A stretch of 64,000 bases of DNA from Candidatus Levyibacteriota bacterium. Its GTDB lineage: Bacteria > Patescibacteriota > Microgenomatia > Levybacterales > UBA12049. Made by a program: the position numbers and the translations under genes. How positions within the stretch are numbered: the stretch's first letter is position 1; each line of letters starts with the position of its first letter. Positions 1 to 9,589 of this stretch are shown piece by piece. The stretch lies in NCBI GenBank assembly GCA_027334565.1, contig DAHWUP010000002.1:82240-146239 (forward strand), given 5' to 3'. The notes under the pieces were generated by a model. That model was not told the DNA's origin, did no database searches, and saw only the letters and a list, made by a program, of their open reading frames with translations.

Positions 1-77
1 ATGAATTAACTAAATTTTATTCGTCCACCAGCTCTTTCGGAATATCCGATATAAAAAATGGTCAAACGCTGGGAATA

Positions 78-488
78 TTGGGACTTTATAATAAAGACTC
101 AAGAAGACTTCTGGCACGTGAAATATACGCGATGTCCACGCCTTCAAACATTGTAATAGGAATAATTTCCGATATAGACAGGGTTAATTATGAGATCACG
201 CTGACTGAAGAAAACGGGAATAAGGTCATATTTGAAATTCAGGATACAACTAAAACAAGCGTATATTCCCAAAAATCACTGGCAAGATCCGGTTTTTCCA
301 AAACCCAGACAGAACAAACTGCGGTTATAACCGGGACGCCCGATCCACAATCCCATGGAAAATTCCTGGCCGACAGAGTGATCATTTTACCGAATATCGA
401 TATGTCGTCCTTTTTAAAATCAGGAAATATTCCGGCTTCCGCCTCAGCCAGCGGTTCGGGTTTGGAATTTAATCTTCCCGGAAAATAA
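78..488 (+). CDS. hypothetical protein; may be 5'-partial, as the reading frame stays open back to the window start; first in-window ATG at 132, TTG at 78
   Basis: ORF track; no in-frame stop between nt 3 and 78; no recognisable domain. Confidence 0.3.
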   Translation: MGLYNKDSRRLLAREIYAMSTPSNIVIGIISDIDRVNYEITLTEENGNKVIFEIQDTTKTSVYSQKSLARSGFSKTQTEQTAVITGTPDPQSHGKFLADRVIILPNIDMSSFLKSGNIPASASASGSGLEFNLPGK

Positions 489-525
489 CTTTACATTCAA
501 GCCACCTTAAAGTTATAATTTACTC

Positions 526-1542
526 ATGATCGAAGAATTAAGAAAAGAGTTTACGCCGTTCAAGTTTTTGGTATATCTTTTAATAATCGCGGTTTTAATT
601 TATCTGCTACAGATTTTTTCAAATGTAATCGCCAACTTTTCCGATGTTATCTTTACCATCATAATCGCCTGGCTTTTAAGTTTTATCCTCGAACCGGTTG
701 TTAACCTAACTTCCGGATTACTTAAGTTAGAAAGAATTTTTGCCGCTCTTTTGGTCTATCTTCTACTCGGAGCGCTGATTGTAATCTTGTTCCTTATCTT
801 CATCCCGCTTGTCTCTTCGCAGTTGCAGACACTGGCGACACTCGTGCCTCAATATTTTTCCGCTTTCCCGCAGTTCGTTAAAACTTGGGATAATTATATC
901 GGGAATTCGGCAGGAACCGTGATCACATTTATTCCTTCGGTTGCCGGAATGCTTATCGATTTAATATTATTGGTATTTTTATCTTTTTATCTAATTGTTG
1001 ATAAAGACCGAATAAACAATGAGATTTATAGACTTACCCCAAAACAATGGCACAAAAATATGGGATTTGTACAAAAGGTAATCGATGAAAGTTTTGCCTC
1101 GTTTTTACGAATCCAGTTCATTTTCGGAGTGATAGGCGGTATTTCAACTTTGCTGGTTTTGGTGGTCTTTGGTATACCATATGCCATAGCCATAGCGGTA
1201 TTAGCCGGTATTTTAACAATCATTCCACTTATCGGACCAGCACTGGCTCTTATTCCTCCCATATTTATCGCTTTAGTAACCAATCCCCAGAATCCGATAA
1301 TTCCTTTAGCCATTTTGGTAATTTTACTGATTATCCAGCAAATAATTTACAATTATGTGGGTCCCGAGCTGATGGGCAAAGCATTCAAGCTTCATCCTAT
1401 CATTGTTTTACTGTCAATCGTGATAGGTTTTAGGATCGCCGGGGTGTTGGGCGCAATTCTGGTCGTACCGGTATTGGGAATTGTCGTAATCGTACTTAAA
1501 GAACTGGGCTATCATTTCATTAACCCGGATGAATCTTCTTAA
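526..1542 (+). CDS. AI-2E family (UPF0118/PerM-like) transporter
   Basis: 338 aa with about 8 predicted TM helices; layout and conserved C-terminal region typical of the AI-2E family. Confidence 0.65.
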   Translation: MIEELRKEFTPFKFLVYLLIIAVLIYLLQIFSNVIANFSDVIFTIIIAWLLSFILEPVVNLTSGLLKLERIFAALLVYLLLGALIVILFLIFIPLVSSQLQTLATLVPQYFSAFPQFVKTWDNYIGNSAGTVITFIPSVAGMLIDLILLVFLSFYLIVDKDRINNEIYRLTPKQWHKNMGFVQKVIDESFASFLRIQFIFGVIGGISTLLVLVVFGIPYAIAIAVLAGILTIIPLIGPALALIPPIFIALVTNPQNPIIPLAILVILLIIQQIIYNYVGPELMGKAFKLHPIIVLLSIVIGFRIAGVLGAILVVPVLGIVVIVLKELGYHFINPDESS

Positions 1543-1628
1543 GAAATAAATTCCCGAATAGTTTTAGGATTATCTGATGATACTTCGGTTTTGTTGAGAC
1601 CAAATATTGTTCATGATACAATGAATTT

Positions 1629-2843
1629 ATGAAAGTTGAACCACGGACTTTAAAAGGTTTCCGCGATTTTCTGCCTCGCGAAGTTAAAAAAAGACAGTAC
1701 GTTTTGGAAATCCTTAAAAAGGTATTCGAGTCCTATGGTTTTGAGCCGTTGGAAACCCCAGCTTTGGAATATGATGAAATTCTGACGGGTAAATACGGAG
1801 ACGAGGGTGAAAAGTTGATGTACCGTTTCGAAGATAACGGCCGACGTAAGGTTGCCATGCGCTACGATCAGACCGTTCCTCTGGCAAGAGTCGTCGCTCA
1901 ATACCAAAACGAGGTACAGTTACCTTTTAAGAGATATCAAATCCAAAACGTCTGGCGCGCGGAGAATACGCAAAGGGGAAGATATAGAGAGTTCTTGCAG
2001 GTCGACGCGGATATTGTCGGCACCTACTCTTCCCTGGCGGATGCGGAAATTATCGCAACGGCGAAAAAATGTTTGGAAGAATTAGGATTCAGAAATTTTA
2101 AAATACTGGTTAACGACAGATTTATTTTCAACAACTTGTCCTTACCCGAATTCGAATCCCTTACGGAACCCGAACTTGGACCCTTCATAAGAAGTTTAGA
2201 CAAGTTGAAAAAAATTGGTGAAGAAAAGGTATTGGAAGAATTGATTCAAAGCGGATTTGAAAAAGAAAGGGCGAAAACTATTTTGCAAGTGGTTCAAAAC
2301 CAGAAAACACCGACCGGTTTATCGGAGGTATTTTCTGCAGCTGAAAATTTGGGTGTGAAGAAAAATGATATACAATTCCTACCCACCTTGGCTCGCGGAT
2401 TGGATTACTATACGGGCATGATATTTGAGATAGAGGTCGAAGGTTTTAATGCTGGATCGGTCGCCGGAGGAGGAAGGTATGATAATCTAATAGGCATATT
2501 CGCCGGCAGGGATATTCCGGCCGTCGGTTTTTCTTTCGGCTTTGACAGACTAATGGAAGCCATGGAAGCTTTATCTCTTTTCCCGAATAAATTTTCCGTT
2601 ACAAAAGTCTTGGTAACATACAATAAATATGCTCCCGAAATCGGGCAGACATTAAGGGAAAATGATATCAACGCAGAAGTTTATCCGGATGAAAAGGATC
2701 TGGAAAAACAATTAAAATATGCCGATAAAAAGAACGTGCCTTACGTGATGTTTTTAAATGGCGATTCATTTATCCTCAAAGACATGATTAAACAATCTCA
2801 GGAAGAACTTCCTCTTGAGGAAATTATAAAGAAATTGAAATAA
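1629..2843 (+). CDS. hisS: histidyl-tRNA synthetase
   Basis: Class II motifs: GFRDFLP, RYDQTVPLAR, KRYQIQNVWRAE..GRYREFLQVDADIVG; anticodon-binding C-terminus. Confidence 0.9.
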   Translation: MKVEPRTLKGFRDFLPREVKKRQYVLEILKKVFESYGFEPLETPALEYDEILTGKYGDEGEKLMYRFEDNGRRKVAMRYDQTVPLARVVAQYQNEVQLPFKRYQIQNVWRAENTQRGRYREFLQVDADIVGTYSSLADAEIIATAKKCLEELGFRNFKILVNDRFIFNNLSLPEFESLTEPELGPFIRSLDKLKKIGEEKVLEELIQSGFEKERAKTILQVVQNQKTPTGLSEVFSAAENLGVKKNDIQFLPTLARGLDYYTGMIFEIEVEGFNAGSVAGGGRYDNLIGIFAGRDIPAVGFSFGFDRLMEAMEALSLFPNKFSVTKVLVTYNKYAPEIGQTLRENDINAEVYPDEKDLEKQLKYADKKNVPYVMFLNGDSFILKDMIKQSQEELPLEEIIKKLK

Positions 2844-2851
2844 TTTCTTTT

Positions 2852-3769
2852 ATGAGCGTTACCAAAAAATCGATTTTATTTTTGATTATTTCCAATATTA
2901 TTTGGGGGGCCGGCTTTCCGATTTATAAATGGACCTTGGAGGCGTTAAATCCGTTTGTTTTTGCTTTCTTAAGGTTTTTTCTTGCGGCTTTGATAGTATT
3001 ACCTTTTACCTATAATAATTTAAAGATCGCCAAGAAGGATATTCCGGCCCTGATTCTGGTTTCGGTCGTGTCTATTACACTCCAGATTATGTTCCTTTTT
3101 TTCGGATTGAAGTATTCGCCAAGCATCAACGCTCCGATCATACTTTCGTCGGGGCCGATCATCTTAATAATCGCCTCTGCATTTTTTCTTAAAGATATAG
3201 TCAAACCGAAAATGCTGACGGGTACCTTAGTGAGTCTGATCGGAGTTTTGATCGTTATGTTCAGGCCTGTTATAAATAATATGAATCATATAAATCTGAT
3301 ACTTGGAAACGTTTTATTGTTTTTATCCATGCTCTGTGGGGTTGCCCAATATATGATGCTTAAGAAGATCATGTATGACAACCGACCTTTAACAATTGTT
3401 TTCTGGAGCTTTATAATCGGCTCTCTACCGCTTATTGTACCAATCTTATTTTTCAATCCGACCGGTCTACAAATGTTGACCAACATGAATTTGCAGGCGG
3501 TTTTGGGACTCTTGTACGCGACGATCTTCTCTTCGGTAGTTGGATACTGCTTTTTATATTACGGGATAAAATACATCAAAGCCTCGGAAATCGGCATTTT
3601 TTCCTATGTAGACCCTCTCGCAACGATTATAATCGCCGTTCCTCTTTTATCCGAAAAAATAACCGGGTTATATCTTTTGGGATCTTTCCTTGTATTCTTG
3701 GGAATTTTTATCGCCGAGGAAAGGATACATTATCATCCTATCCGTAAACTTTTAGAAAATGAACTCTGA
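2852..3769 (+). CDS. EamA/DMT-family drug/metabolite transporter
   Basis: About 10 TM helices, two EamA-like halves, 9 nt downstream of hisS. Confidence 0.65.
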   Translation: MSVTKKSILFLIISNIIWGAGFPIYKWTLEALNPFVFAFLRFFLAALIVLPFTYNNLKIAKKDIPALILVSVVSITLQIMFLFFGLKYSPSINAPIILSSGPIILIIASAFFLKDIVKPKMLTGTLVSLIGVLIVMFRPVINNMNHINLILGNVLLFLSMLCGVAQYMMLKKIMYDNRPLTIVFWSFIIGSLPLIVPILFFNPTGLQMLTNMNLQAVLGLLYATIFSSVVGYCFLYYGIKYIKASEIGIFSYVDPLATIIIAVPLLSEKITGLYLLGSFLVFLGIFIAEERIHYHPIRKLLENEL

Positions 3770-3770
3770 T

Positions 3771-4388
3771 TCAATGAGGTGAATAACCCCCGATCGGACC
3801 GTAATACTCAATCGTATCTGTCTTTGTCTCATCGGGAATTCTTAAATCCAGAATATAGTCGTCGCTATGTAAAAGACTATTTTTAAAATAACGAAGCAGT
3901 AAGCCTGAGAGTTTCTTGCCATGCCTTGATACAGAATCTATTTGAAAACGCGGCAAGTTACTGTTTCCTTCCCTGTCGGACCATAACGAAAAACTTACCG
4001 TATCGGTCAACAATCCGTTAAGACCGGCGCTTTTAGAAATATCTCCGTGTGACGTAGAACCATGTTCCATCGCTGTCCAATAAAGAACATTATCTGCCAT
4101 TATGCCTTTAACCTGTACGCCTTCATTAATATATCGTTGCCAAAGTCCTGAATATGAATCCGGGAAGATTCTTTGCCTGAATAAATCGTTACTCATAAAT
4201 GGTTCCGTACCGGAAGTATCAGACCCGGACGACCGGTCATTTTCCGCTAACGGCCTCCTTCGATGTTTTATTATTCTGGGTACGAATCCAAGGTATTCGT
4301 CACCTGTAACAAAAGTTTCGGCCGCGGTTGGATCTGGCATAAAAAAAGTATAGCAGATTATATTTAAGATAATTCGGACAAATCGCAA
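3771..4388 (-). CDS. hypothetical protein, third gene of the CYTH operon; the true start may be the internal Met at 4340
   Basis: ORF only; contains MEHGSTSHGD, faintly reminiscent of the HG motif of alkaline-phosphatase-superfamily phosphodiesterases; overlaps the upstream ORF. Confidence 0.35.
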   Translation of the reverse strand: MRFVRIILNIICYTFFMPDPTAAETFVTGDEYLGFVPRIIKHRRRPLAENDRSSGSDTSGTEPFMSNDLFRQRIFPDSYSGLWQRYINEGVQVKGIMADNVLYWTAMEHGSTSHGDISKSAGLNGLLTDTVSFSLWSDREGNSNLPRFQIDSVSRHGKKLSGLLLRYFKNSLLHSDDYILDLRIPDETKTDTIEYYGPIGGYSPH

Positions 4389-4654
4389 AGCATGGTTTTA
4401 ATGTTATCGGACAACGAATTCCATAACAGTGCGTGTTGATATTCATACTGTCGTCTATCCTCTTTACTCAGTGTTTCCGATTTTAGTTTTTCATCTGCCA
4501 AGCGCATAGCACCTATTATCGTTGCCTGCCCTACATCCCTTGGAAGCAAACTGTAATAGCCTTTTTTTGGCGAATCTCCCAAATATCCAATTTTTATGTT
4601 AGCCGTTCGCTCGATCATAATCCTGATTATATCAAATATTATAGGATATTTCAA
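4364..4654 (-). CDS. hypothetical small protein (96 aa), middle gene of the CYTH operon
   Basis: ATGA start/stop overlap with the CYTH gene at 4651-4654; helical, no recognised domain. Confidence 0.4.
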   Translation of the reverse strand: MKYPIIFDIIRIMIERTANIKIGYLGDSPKKGYYSLLPRDVGQATIIGAMRLADEKLKSETLSKEDRRQYEYQHALLWNSLSDNIKTMLCDLSELS

Positions 4655-5247
4655 CTTTGAGGGAAAAAGCCCGCTTTCTTCATTTCCCGGTACAAATTTT
4701 TATTGTACCTAAAAATGTATTCGACAAATTTTCCCCGGACATAACTGACCGTCAAACCGCTACTTTTGGCGAAATTCAGAATTTTTTCGCTTGCTTTATC
4801 CATTCCCATCCTATCTTTAATCAGTGTTTCAATTTCTATTAGACGATACCCGAAATCGATTTCGTCCACATCGATATTAAAACCTTTCTTTTTATATTTT
4901 TTTCTTTTTGTAACAAAAGACGCCACCTGTTTATAACCGGCCTTTGCAAGTGCTTTTTTGAAGTCTTTTTCCTCCGGCAGTTTTAAAATCTTTCCAATTC
5001 TTACCCCATCCGTTACTTCATCATATAAGTCCACCGAAATGTCGGTGTGCCCGATGGGACCGAGCGGAAGTTTTAGTTCTGGCTTTCCTTCACGTAACCT
5101 TAACCATCTGTCACTTAGAATTAACGAATAATCAGACATGTCAAAATAGCAATCGGAAAAAATAATCTCTTCCAATAGCTTTGCGCCTGTTAATAGCTTG
5201 TTCAATTGTTTCTTCGTTGGAGCAAATTTTTTCTCAACTTCGATCAT
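4651..5247 (-). CDS. CYTH-domain protein (class IV adenylate cyclase / triphosphate tunnel metalloenzyme family)
   Basis: N-terminal EVEKKF motif typical of CYTH (ExExK); about 200 aa; alternating charged beta-strand pattern. Confidence 0.6.
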   Translation of the reverse strand: MIEVEKKFAPTKKQLNKLLTGAKLLEEIIFSDCYFDMSDYSLILSDRWLRLREGKPELKLPLGPIGHTDISVDLYDEVTDGVRIGKILKLPEEKDFKKALAKAGYKQVASFVTKRKKYKKKGFNIDVDEIDFGYRLIEIETLIKDRMGMDKASEKILNFAKSSGLTVSYVRGKFVEYIFRYNKNLYREMKKAGFFPQS

Positions 5248-5314
5248 TTGACGATTATACCATCAAAAACATGGGACTTTAAATTACGTTTCACTGTATG
5301 TATAATCCATCTCG

Positions 5315-6529
5315 ATGCTTAGGGAACTTGATAAAGGTCCACAACCAAAAACAAAGGAGATGCCACGTTACGAAGGAGCCTTCATCCCTATAGACAACAT
5401 CAATGTCCTCAACCAGCCGCGACATAAGTTCGAGAATATCGAATTATTGGCTCAGGATATAGCCAGAAAAAACATCCTTAACCCTCTTACGGTTGCAGAG
5501 CTTGACGCCGGCCAGGCGCAAGATTACCTTGATACCATCAATGAAATCTGGCAGGCACAACACACGCTTGAAGAATTAAGGCCAACCGACGGGAAAGGCA
5601 CATATTACATCCTCATCGCCGGAGAAAGACGATTTAGGGCCTGTAAACATTTGGATTCCCGAGGCTGTTTCGATTGTCAGGAACACTACGGCGCGGGTCC
5701 GTGCTACCAGCGTCATTTTGGTAACAGGAACGTCGAAGTAAGATTGATGCGCAATTTCGACGCTTTGGAAGCAATTTCCACCCAGGCTTCGGAAAACACG
5801 CATATGAGAGTTCCGCCGGAAGAAGAAGCATTATTCTATGATAAGTTCTACCGGGTAAAAAGAAAATTGGATCCGAATTATTCTGTGGCTCATTTCGCCC
5901 GGGACGTCGGCAGAAGTCCCGACACTATCACCGCTGCGGTTCGCTTCTGCAGACTTCCCCAGGAAATTCAAGACTTTGTCAGAAACGAAACCCTAAGCTA
6001 CGGAATAGCGGTTGAACTGGAAAGAGCCAGAGAAAATCTTAATTTGGACGAAGCCGGACTTGATTTCTGGACCGTTAAGGCAATCGTCAGCCGCGTGACG
6101 GTACCGGAATTTCACAAAATGGTCTCTGGGGAAATAGAGAGACAAAGAAATAACCAGTCTGTGCTTGGACTGTTTAGCCAAATTCAGGAAGAGGACATGC
6201 GCAAAACTTATTTTAAACGGGTGGTTGCCAGAGAAATGATAAACGGTATATGGCAATTTATAAATTATTTCCAAAAGGTCGAGGGCTTATTTGAAGAAGG
6301 CAAATTAGGCAGTAACGATTCTCCGTTTTCTTTAAGATCACCCCTTCGTGTATACAAAACGATGATATCCTTGGAGAAAAGATTGCTGCCCCATTTCCGA
6401 GGCTTATTAACCGATGCGGAGCTTGAAGAAGCAGAAAGTGTTATTGACGAATCCGATTCGCTGATATCCCTTACCGAATCACTCATACATGCTCATGAAA
6501 ATACAGATATCGCTACTTTGATAAATTAA
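5315..6529 (+). CDS. ParB/Srx-domain protein with HTH, a Cys-rich insertion and a roughly 200-aa C-terminal extension of unknown function; no ParA partner
   Basis: IPIDNI..NPRHKF..YYILIAGERRFRAC (ParB N-terminal GERR box); ISTQASENTHMRVPPEEEALFY (ParB ENxxR region); HTH SVAHFARDVGRSPDTI; visibly GC-richer than flanks. Confidence 0.6.
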   Translation: MLRELDKGPQPKTKEMPRYEGAFIPIDNINVLNQPRHKFENIELLAQDIARKNILNPLTVAELDAGQAQDYLDTINEIWQAQHTLEELRPTDGKGTYYILIAGERRFRACKHLDSRGCFDCQEHYGAGPCYQRHFGNRNVEVRLMRNFDALEAISTQASENTHMRVPPEEEALFYDKFYRVKRKLDPNYSVAHFARDVGRSPDTITAAVRFCRLPQEIQDFVRNETLSYGIAVELERARENLNLDEAGLDFWTVKAIVSRVTVPEFHKMVSGEIERQRNNQSVLGLFSQIQEEDMRKTYFKRVVAREMINGIWQFINYFQKVEGLFEEGKLGSNDSPFSLRSPLRVYKTMISLEKRLLPHFRGLLTDAELEEAESVIDESDSLISLTESLIHAHENTDIATLIN

Positions 6530-6562
6530 CTGCCGGCATATTGGAGGAGTTTCTCAAACTTA

Positions 6563-7042
6563 TCAAACATTCTTTTGTAGAAGTTCGCTTAACTTTTCAA
6601 AACTCTGGCTCCACCCGACCTCCATTCCCCTTAACGGCATTTCTGCTTCCGGAGTTGCTCTGGTCACAGCGATACGAAGAATCATTTTGGTCATTTTGTC
6701 AACTGTTTCTTTAAAAGTGATGGTCGTCGTATTATCGATGATCGGTTTATCATCCATAAGAGCTTGCGACTCATATACGATTTTTGATGGCTCGTCAATC
6801 TCTACGAACGTCCCCCGCATCGGATACCGGCTTCCTTTTTTAATTAGTCCTTCAAGGTCCTCCATAACCAGATAAATCTGCCCACCCGGCCTTACGTCCA
6901 ACTGACTGACAGGTGTTATAAAACCTTTCGGTCCCCACCATTTCGCCATTAGATTTGGATCGATCCAGTATTGAAAAACGTCTTTCCTGGGCGCATCAAA
7001 AATCCTAGTAAGCATTAAATCTTTCTTATTTGTCATTTTCAC
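6563..7042 (-). CDS. SRPBCC-superfamily protein (AHSA1/Aha1-like domain)
   Basis: LTRIFDAPRKDVFQYWIDPNLMAKWWGP signature typical of AHSA1-like SRPBCC proteins. Confidence 0.6.
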   Translation of the reverse strand: MKMTNKKDLMLTRIFDAPRKDVFQYWIDPNLMAKWWGPKGFITPVSQLDVRPGGQIYLVMEDLEGLIKKGSRYPMRGTFVEIDEPSKIVYESQALMDDKPIIDNTTTITFKETVDKMTKMILRIAVTRATPEAEMPLRGMEVGWSQSFEKLSELLQKNV

Positions 7043-7124
7043 TCGCTTTCCTTTTACCCATACCTTCCAACTTTCGACTCTATGTTATCAAGATATACCT
7101 GATACGAGGTCCAAATCTACCCTC

Positions 7125-7508
7125 CTAGGGTACTTGAACTAAAGCCAATATATTCCCGGCGGGATCCTTAAACCAGGCAATGTCCGGCCCCATTCCGTCC
7201 ATGATTCCACGGACTATACCTTTTTCATCTTGGCTAAAACCTTCGTATATTTCAAGCCTTACGCCCTTACCGACAAGTTCGGAAACCGCGGAATCAATAT
7301 CGTCGACTACAAAATTAAGGATCGTGAAGGAGGCGGGCTTATGATCGTCTTTTTGATATACATACGCTTCACCACTTCCCGGGAAATGGACCCTTATGCC
7401 CATTTCATTCTCATCAACCCGAAGACCCAGAATATTTCCATAAAACTCCCTGGCCTTTTTTGCATCGTCTACCGAAAAACTACTGTTACCCGATTTTATT
7501 TTAAGCAT
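7125..7508 (-). CDS. VOC (glyoxalase/bleomycin-resistance/dioxygenase) family protein
   Basis: About 127 aa beta-alpha-beta-beta-beta pattern; AKKAREFYGNILGL N-terminal motif. Confidence 0.5.
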   Translation of the reverse strand: MLKIKSGNSSFSVDDAKKAREFYGNILGLRVDENEMGIRVHFPGSGEAYVYQKDDHKPASFTILNFVVDDIDSAVSELVGKGVRLEIYEGFSQDEKGIVRGIMDGMGPDIAWFKDPAGNILALVQVP

Positions 7509-7540
7509 AGTATTCCCACTAATTCCAAGAATAAATTGCG

Positions 7541-7957
7541 TTAATTGAGTTGCTCCATGTAATTTTCATCAGTTTCGTCCCAAGGCGTCACCAATTGAAA
7601 ATAATTACCGTCCAGATCGGCAAAAGTAGCGATCATCATTTCATCCGTATCTTTATTTCCCATTGAATACGACTTCGCGATAACTTTTGCTCCCAGACGC
7701 TTAATCCTCTCGAACTCTTTTTCTACATCCTCGGTCTCGAAATTGAGCATTATTCTTTCCGGGTTTTTACTAATGCCCTTGACTTTACCATGCGGACCTA
7801 TGGTAATAAATCCTTTTCCAACGGACAATCCGTAATAACCATCGCCTTCCATATCCAATTCCTTGCCGAAGACCTTCTGATAAAAGTCTGCCAATTTCTT
7901 TGGATTTTCCGAAAAAATGAGTATTGAATTGAAATTAAGCATTTTTTCCTTTCTCAA
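7541..7957 (-). CDS. VOC/glyoxalase family protein
   Basis: LADFYQKVFG..GDGYYGL..DLDGNYFQLV typical VOC motifs. Confidence 0.55.
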   Translation of the reverse strand: MRKEKMLNFNSILIFSENPKKLADFYQKVFGKELDMEGDGYYGLSVGKGFITIGPHGKVKGISKNPERIMLNFETEDVEKEFERIKRLGAKVIAKSYSMGNKDTDEMMIATFADLDGNYFQLVTPWDETDENYMEQLN

Positions 7958-8031
7958 TGAGTTTAGCTTAACCTGTATCTATATGCTGTGATTCGTTTTA
8001 CAACCTGAGGCTAAATATATGCGTTATTAAA

Positions 8032-8460
8032 TTAAGACGTGATTGTCTTTCTTGAGAGCCTATGGCTGGAATCGTTTAAAAATATTTTTGCAACTGCGTT
8101 TACCAGCTTTAACCTTAAATGTAAAGTTCGTTCATCCGGGATATTATTTAAAGAAACGGCGCGCAACGCATCAATCGGTTTACCGCCTATTGTCCCGGTT
8201 AGGTGAATCGTGCCGGATGTGATAAGCCCTTCAGAATCATAATCCGCAGCCACTATGACCTGGCAAGGGTCGTCTCCAAGCCTGACCTGCCTCACCGGTG
8301 TTTCAAAACTACCGTCCTTCTTATCCTCACCCTTGTGGTATCTGGTCACCAAGTCATCAACCCTTTTAAGATAAGAATCTACCATCTTGGTCCTTCTTCT
8401 TAAGTCCTTGCTTTCTTTAGGTGTGGAACCGTTTCCGGGAGTCCTTTCACGATTTCCCAT
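8032..8460 (-). CDS. hypothetical protein (likely starts at the internal Met MVDSYL)
   Basis: ORF only. Confidence 0.3.
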   Translation of the reverse strand: MGNRERTPGNGSTPKESKDLRRRTKMVDSYLKRVDDLVTRYHKGEDKKDGSFETPVRQVRLGDDPCQVIVAADYDSEGLITSGTIHLTGTIGGKPIDALRAVSLNNIPDERTLHLRLKLVNAVAKIFLNDSSHRLSRKTITS

Positions 8461-8569
8461 ATTGTGGATATTTTAAACCATTAATTCGGATTGTCAACTT
8501 GAAAAAAGTTAATACAATAAATTACTGTTTTGGAGTGAGGACATCTGCCTAGCTTAGGTTTCACAAATT

Positions 8570-9223
8570 TTATTCGCTTCCCTTCCATTCGGCGTAAAAT
8601 TTTTGCAAAAAATCTTCCATATATTTGGTTCTTCCGATGGCAATTTTTTTAGCGGTTTTTGTATGCATTAGATCTTTTAAAAGTAAAAGTTTTTCATAAA
8701 AATGGTTGATTGTATGACTCTTTCCGGACTTATATTCTTCAAATGTGGTATGAAAATGCGGTTTTTGAGAAGGTTCGTAAATCGGTCTTCCCATGAATCC
8801 GCCGAAGGCAAAAGTCCTGGCGATCCCTATTGCTCCGATCGCATCAAGCTTATCGGCGTCAAAAACTATTTTACCCTCCAAAGTTTTAAGGTCATGTTTT
8901 ACTTTTGCCCCTTTAAAATTTATTCCGCCGACAATTTCAACCACTTTTGCTATCGTTTTTTCATCCACGTCCAAACCCTTGAGCCATTTTTCTGCTGTTT
9001 TCGGACCGATATTTTCGTCTCCTCCATGCAGTTTATAGTCGGCGATATCATGTAAAAGTGCTGCCAACTGCACCACGAACATATCCGCTTTTTCTTTCCT
9101 ACCTATTCGTTTTGCCAGTTGCCAGACTCTATGGACATGCCACCAGTCATGTCCGCTTCCCTCGCCCTGAAGGGTTTTTTTGGCGTAATCGGCCGTTTGC
9201 TTAATAATTGAAACCTCATCCAT
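8570..9223 (-). CDS. HD-domain phosphohydrolase (YedJ-like)
   Basis: WWHVHRVW...LLHDIAD HD motif. Confidence 0.75.
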   Translation of the reverse strand: MDEVSIIKQTADYAKKTLQGEGSGHDWWHVHRVWQLAKRIGRKEKADMFVVQLAALLHDIADYKLHGGDENIGPKTAEKWLKGLDVDEKTIAKVVEIVGGINFKGAKVKHDLKTLEGKIVFDADKLDAIGAIGIARTFAFGGFMGRPIYEPSQKPHFHTTFEEYKSGKSHTINHFYEKLLLLKDLMHTKTAKKIAIGRTKYMEDFLQKFYAEWKGSE

Positions 9224-9247
9224 AAAATTTATTATAACATGGGGCTA

Positions 9248-9276
9248 TTGTTTTAGGCTCAAACTTTAGGTATAAT
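9248..9276 (+). promoter_or_regulatory. sigma70-like promoter (TTGTTT, 17-nt spacer, TATAAT) for rpmE; the -10 ends 7 nt before the ATG, implying a leaderless or near-leaderless mRNA
   Basis: sequence match; 17-nt spacer. Confidence 0.4.
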
Positions 9277-9283
9277 ATTACGT

Positions 9284-9574
9284 ATGAAAACGACGATCCA
9301 TCCGCAATATTTTGAAGATGCAACGGTCATTTGCGCCTGCGGCAATACCTTTAAAACAGGCTCAACGCAACAAGTTATTCACGTAGAGCTTTGCTCTAAA
9401 TGTCATCCGTTTTATACCGGCGAGCAAAGATTTGTTGACACCGGCTCGAGGATAGAAAAATTCCAGAAAAAGCAGCAGGCCGCAAAACTGCATATAACCA
9501 AGAAAAAGGTAGCGGAAGAAAAGAAACCGCAAACCCCTAAGACTCTTCGAGAGATGTTGCTCGAAATCCAATAG
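9284..9574 (+). CDS. rpmE: 50S ribosomal protein L31 with a lysine-rich C-terminal extension
   Basis: IHPQY..Cx[24 protein letters not shown]. Confidence 0.8.
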   Translation: MKTTIHPQYFEDATVICACGNTFKTGSTQQVIHVELCSKCHPFYTGEQRFVDTGSRIEKFQKKQQAAKLHITKKKVAEEKKPQTPKTLREMLLEIQ

Positions 9575-9589
9575 CCGACTTCCCCATTT

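Noticed and set aside
8461-8569. Possible hairpin (CCTAGCTTAGG) between two minus-strand genes
   Set aside because: The palindrome is imperfect and lacks a U-tract, so it is not a convincing terminator.
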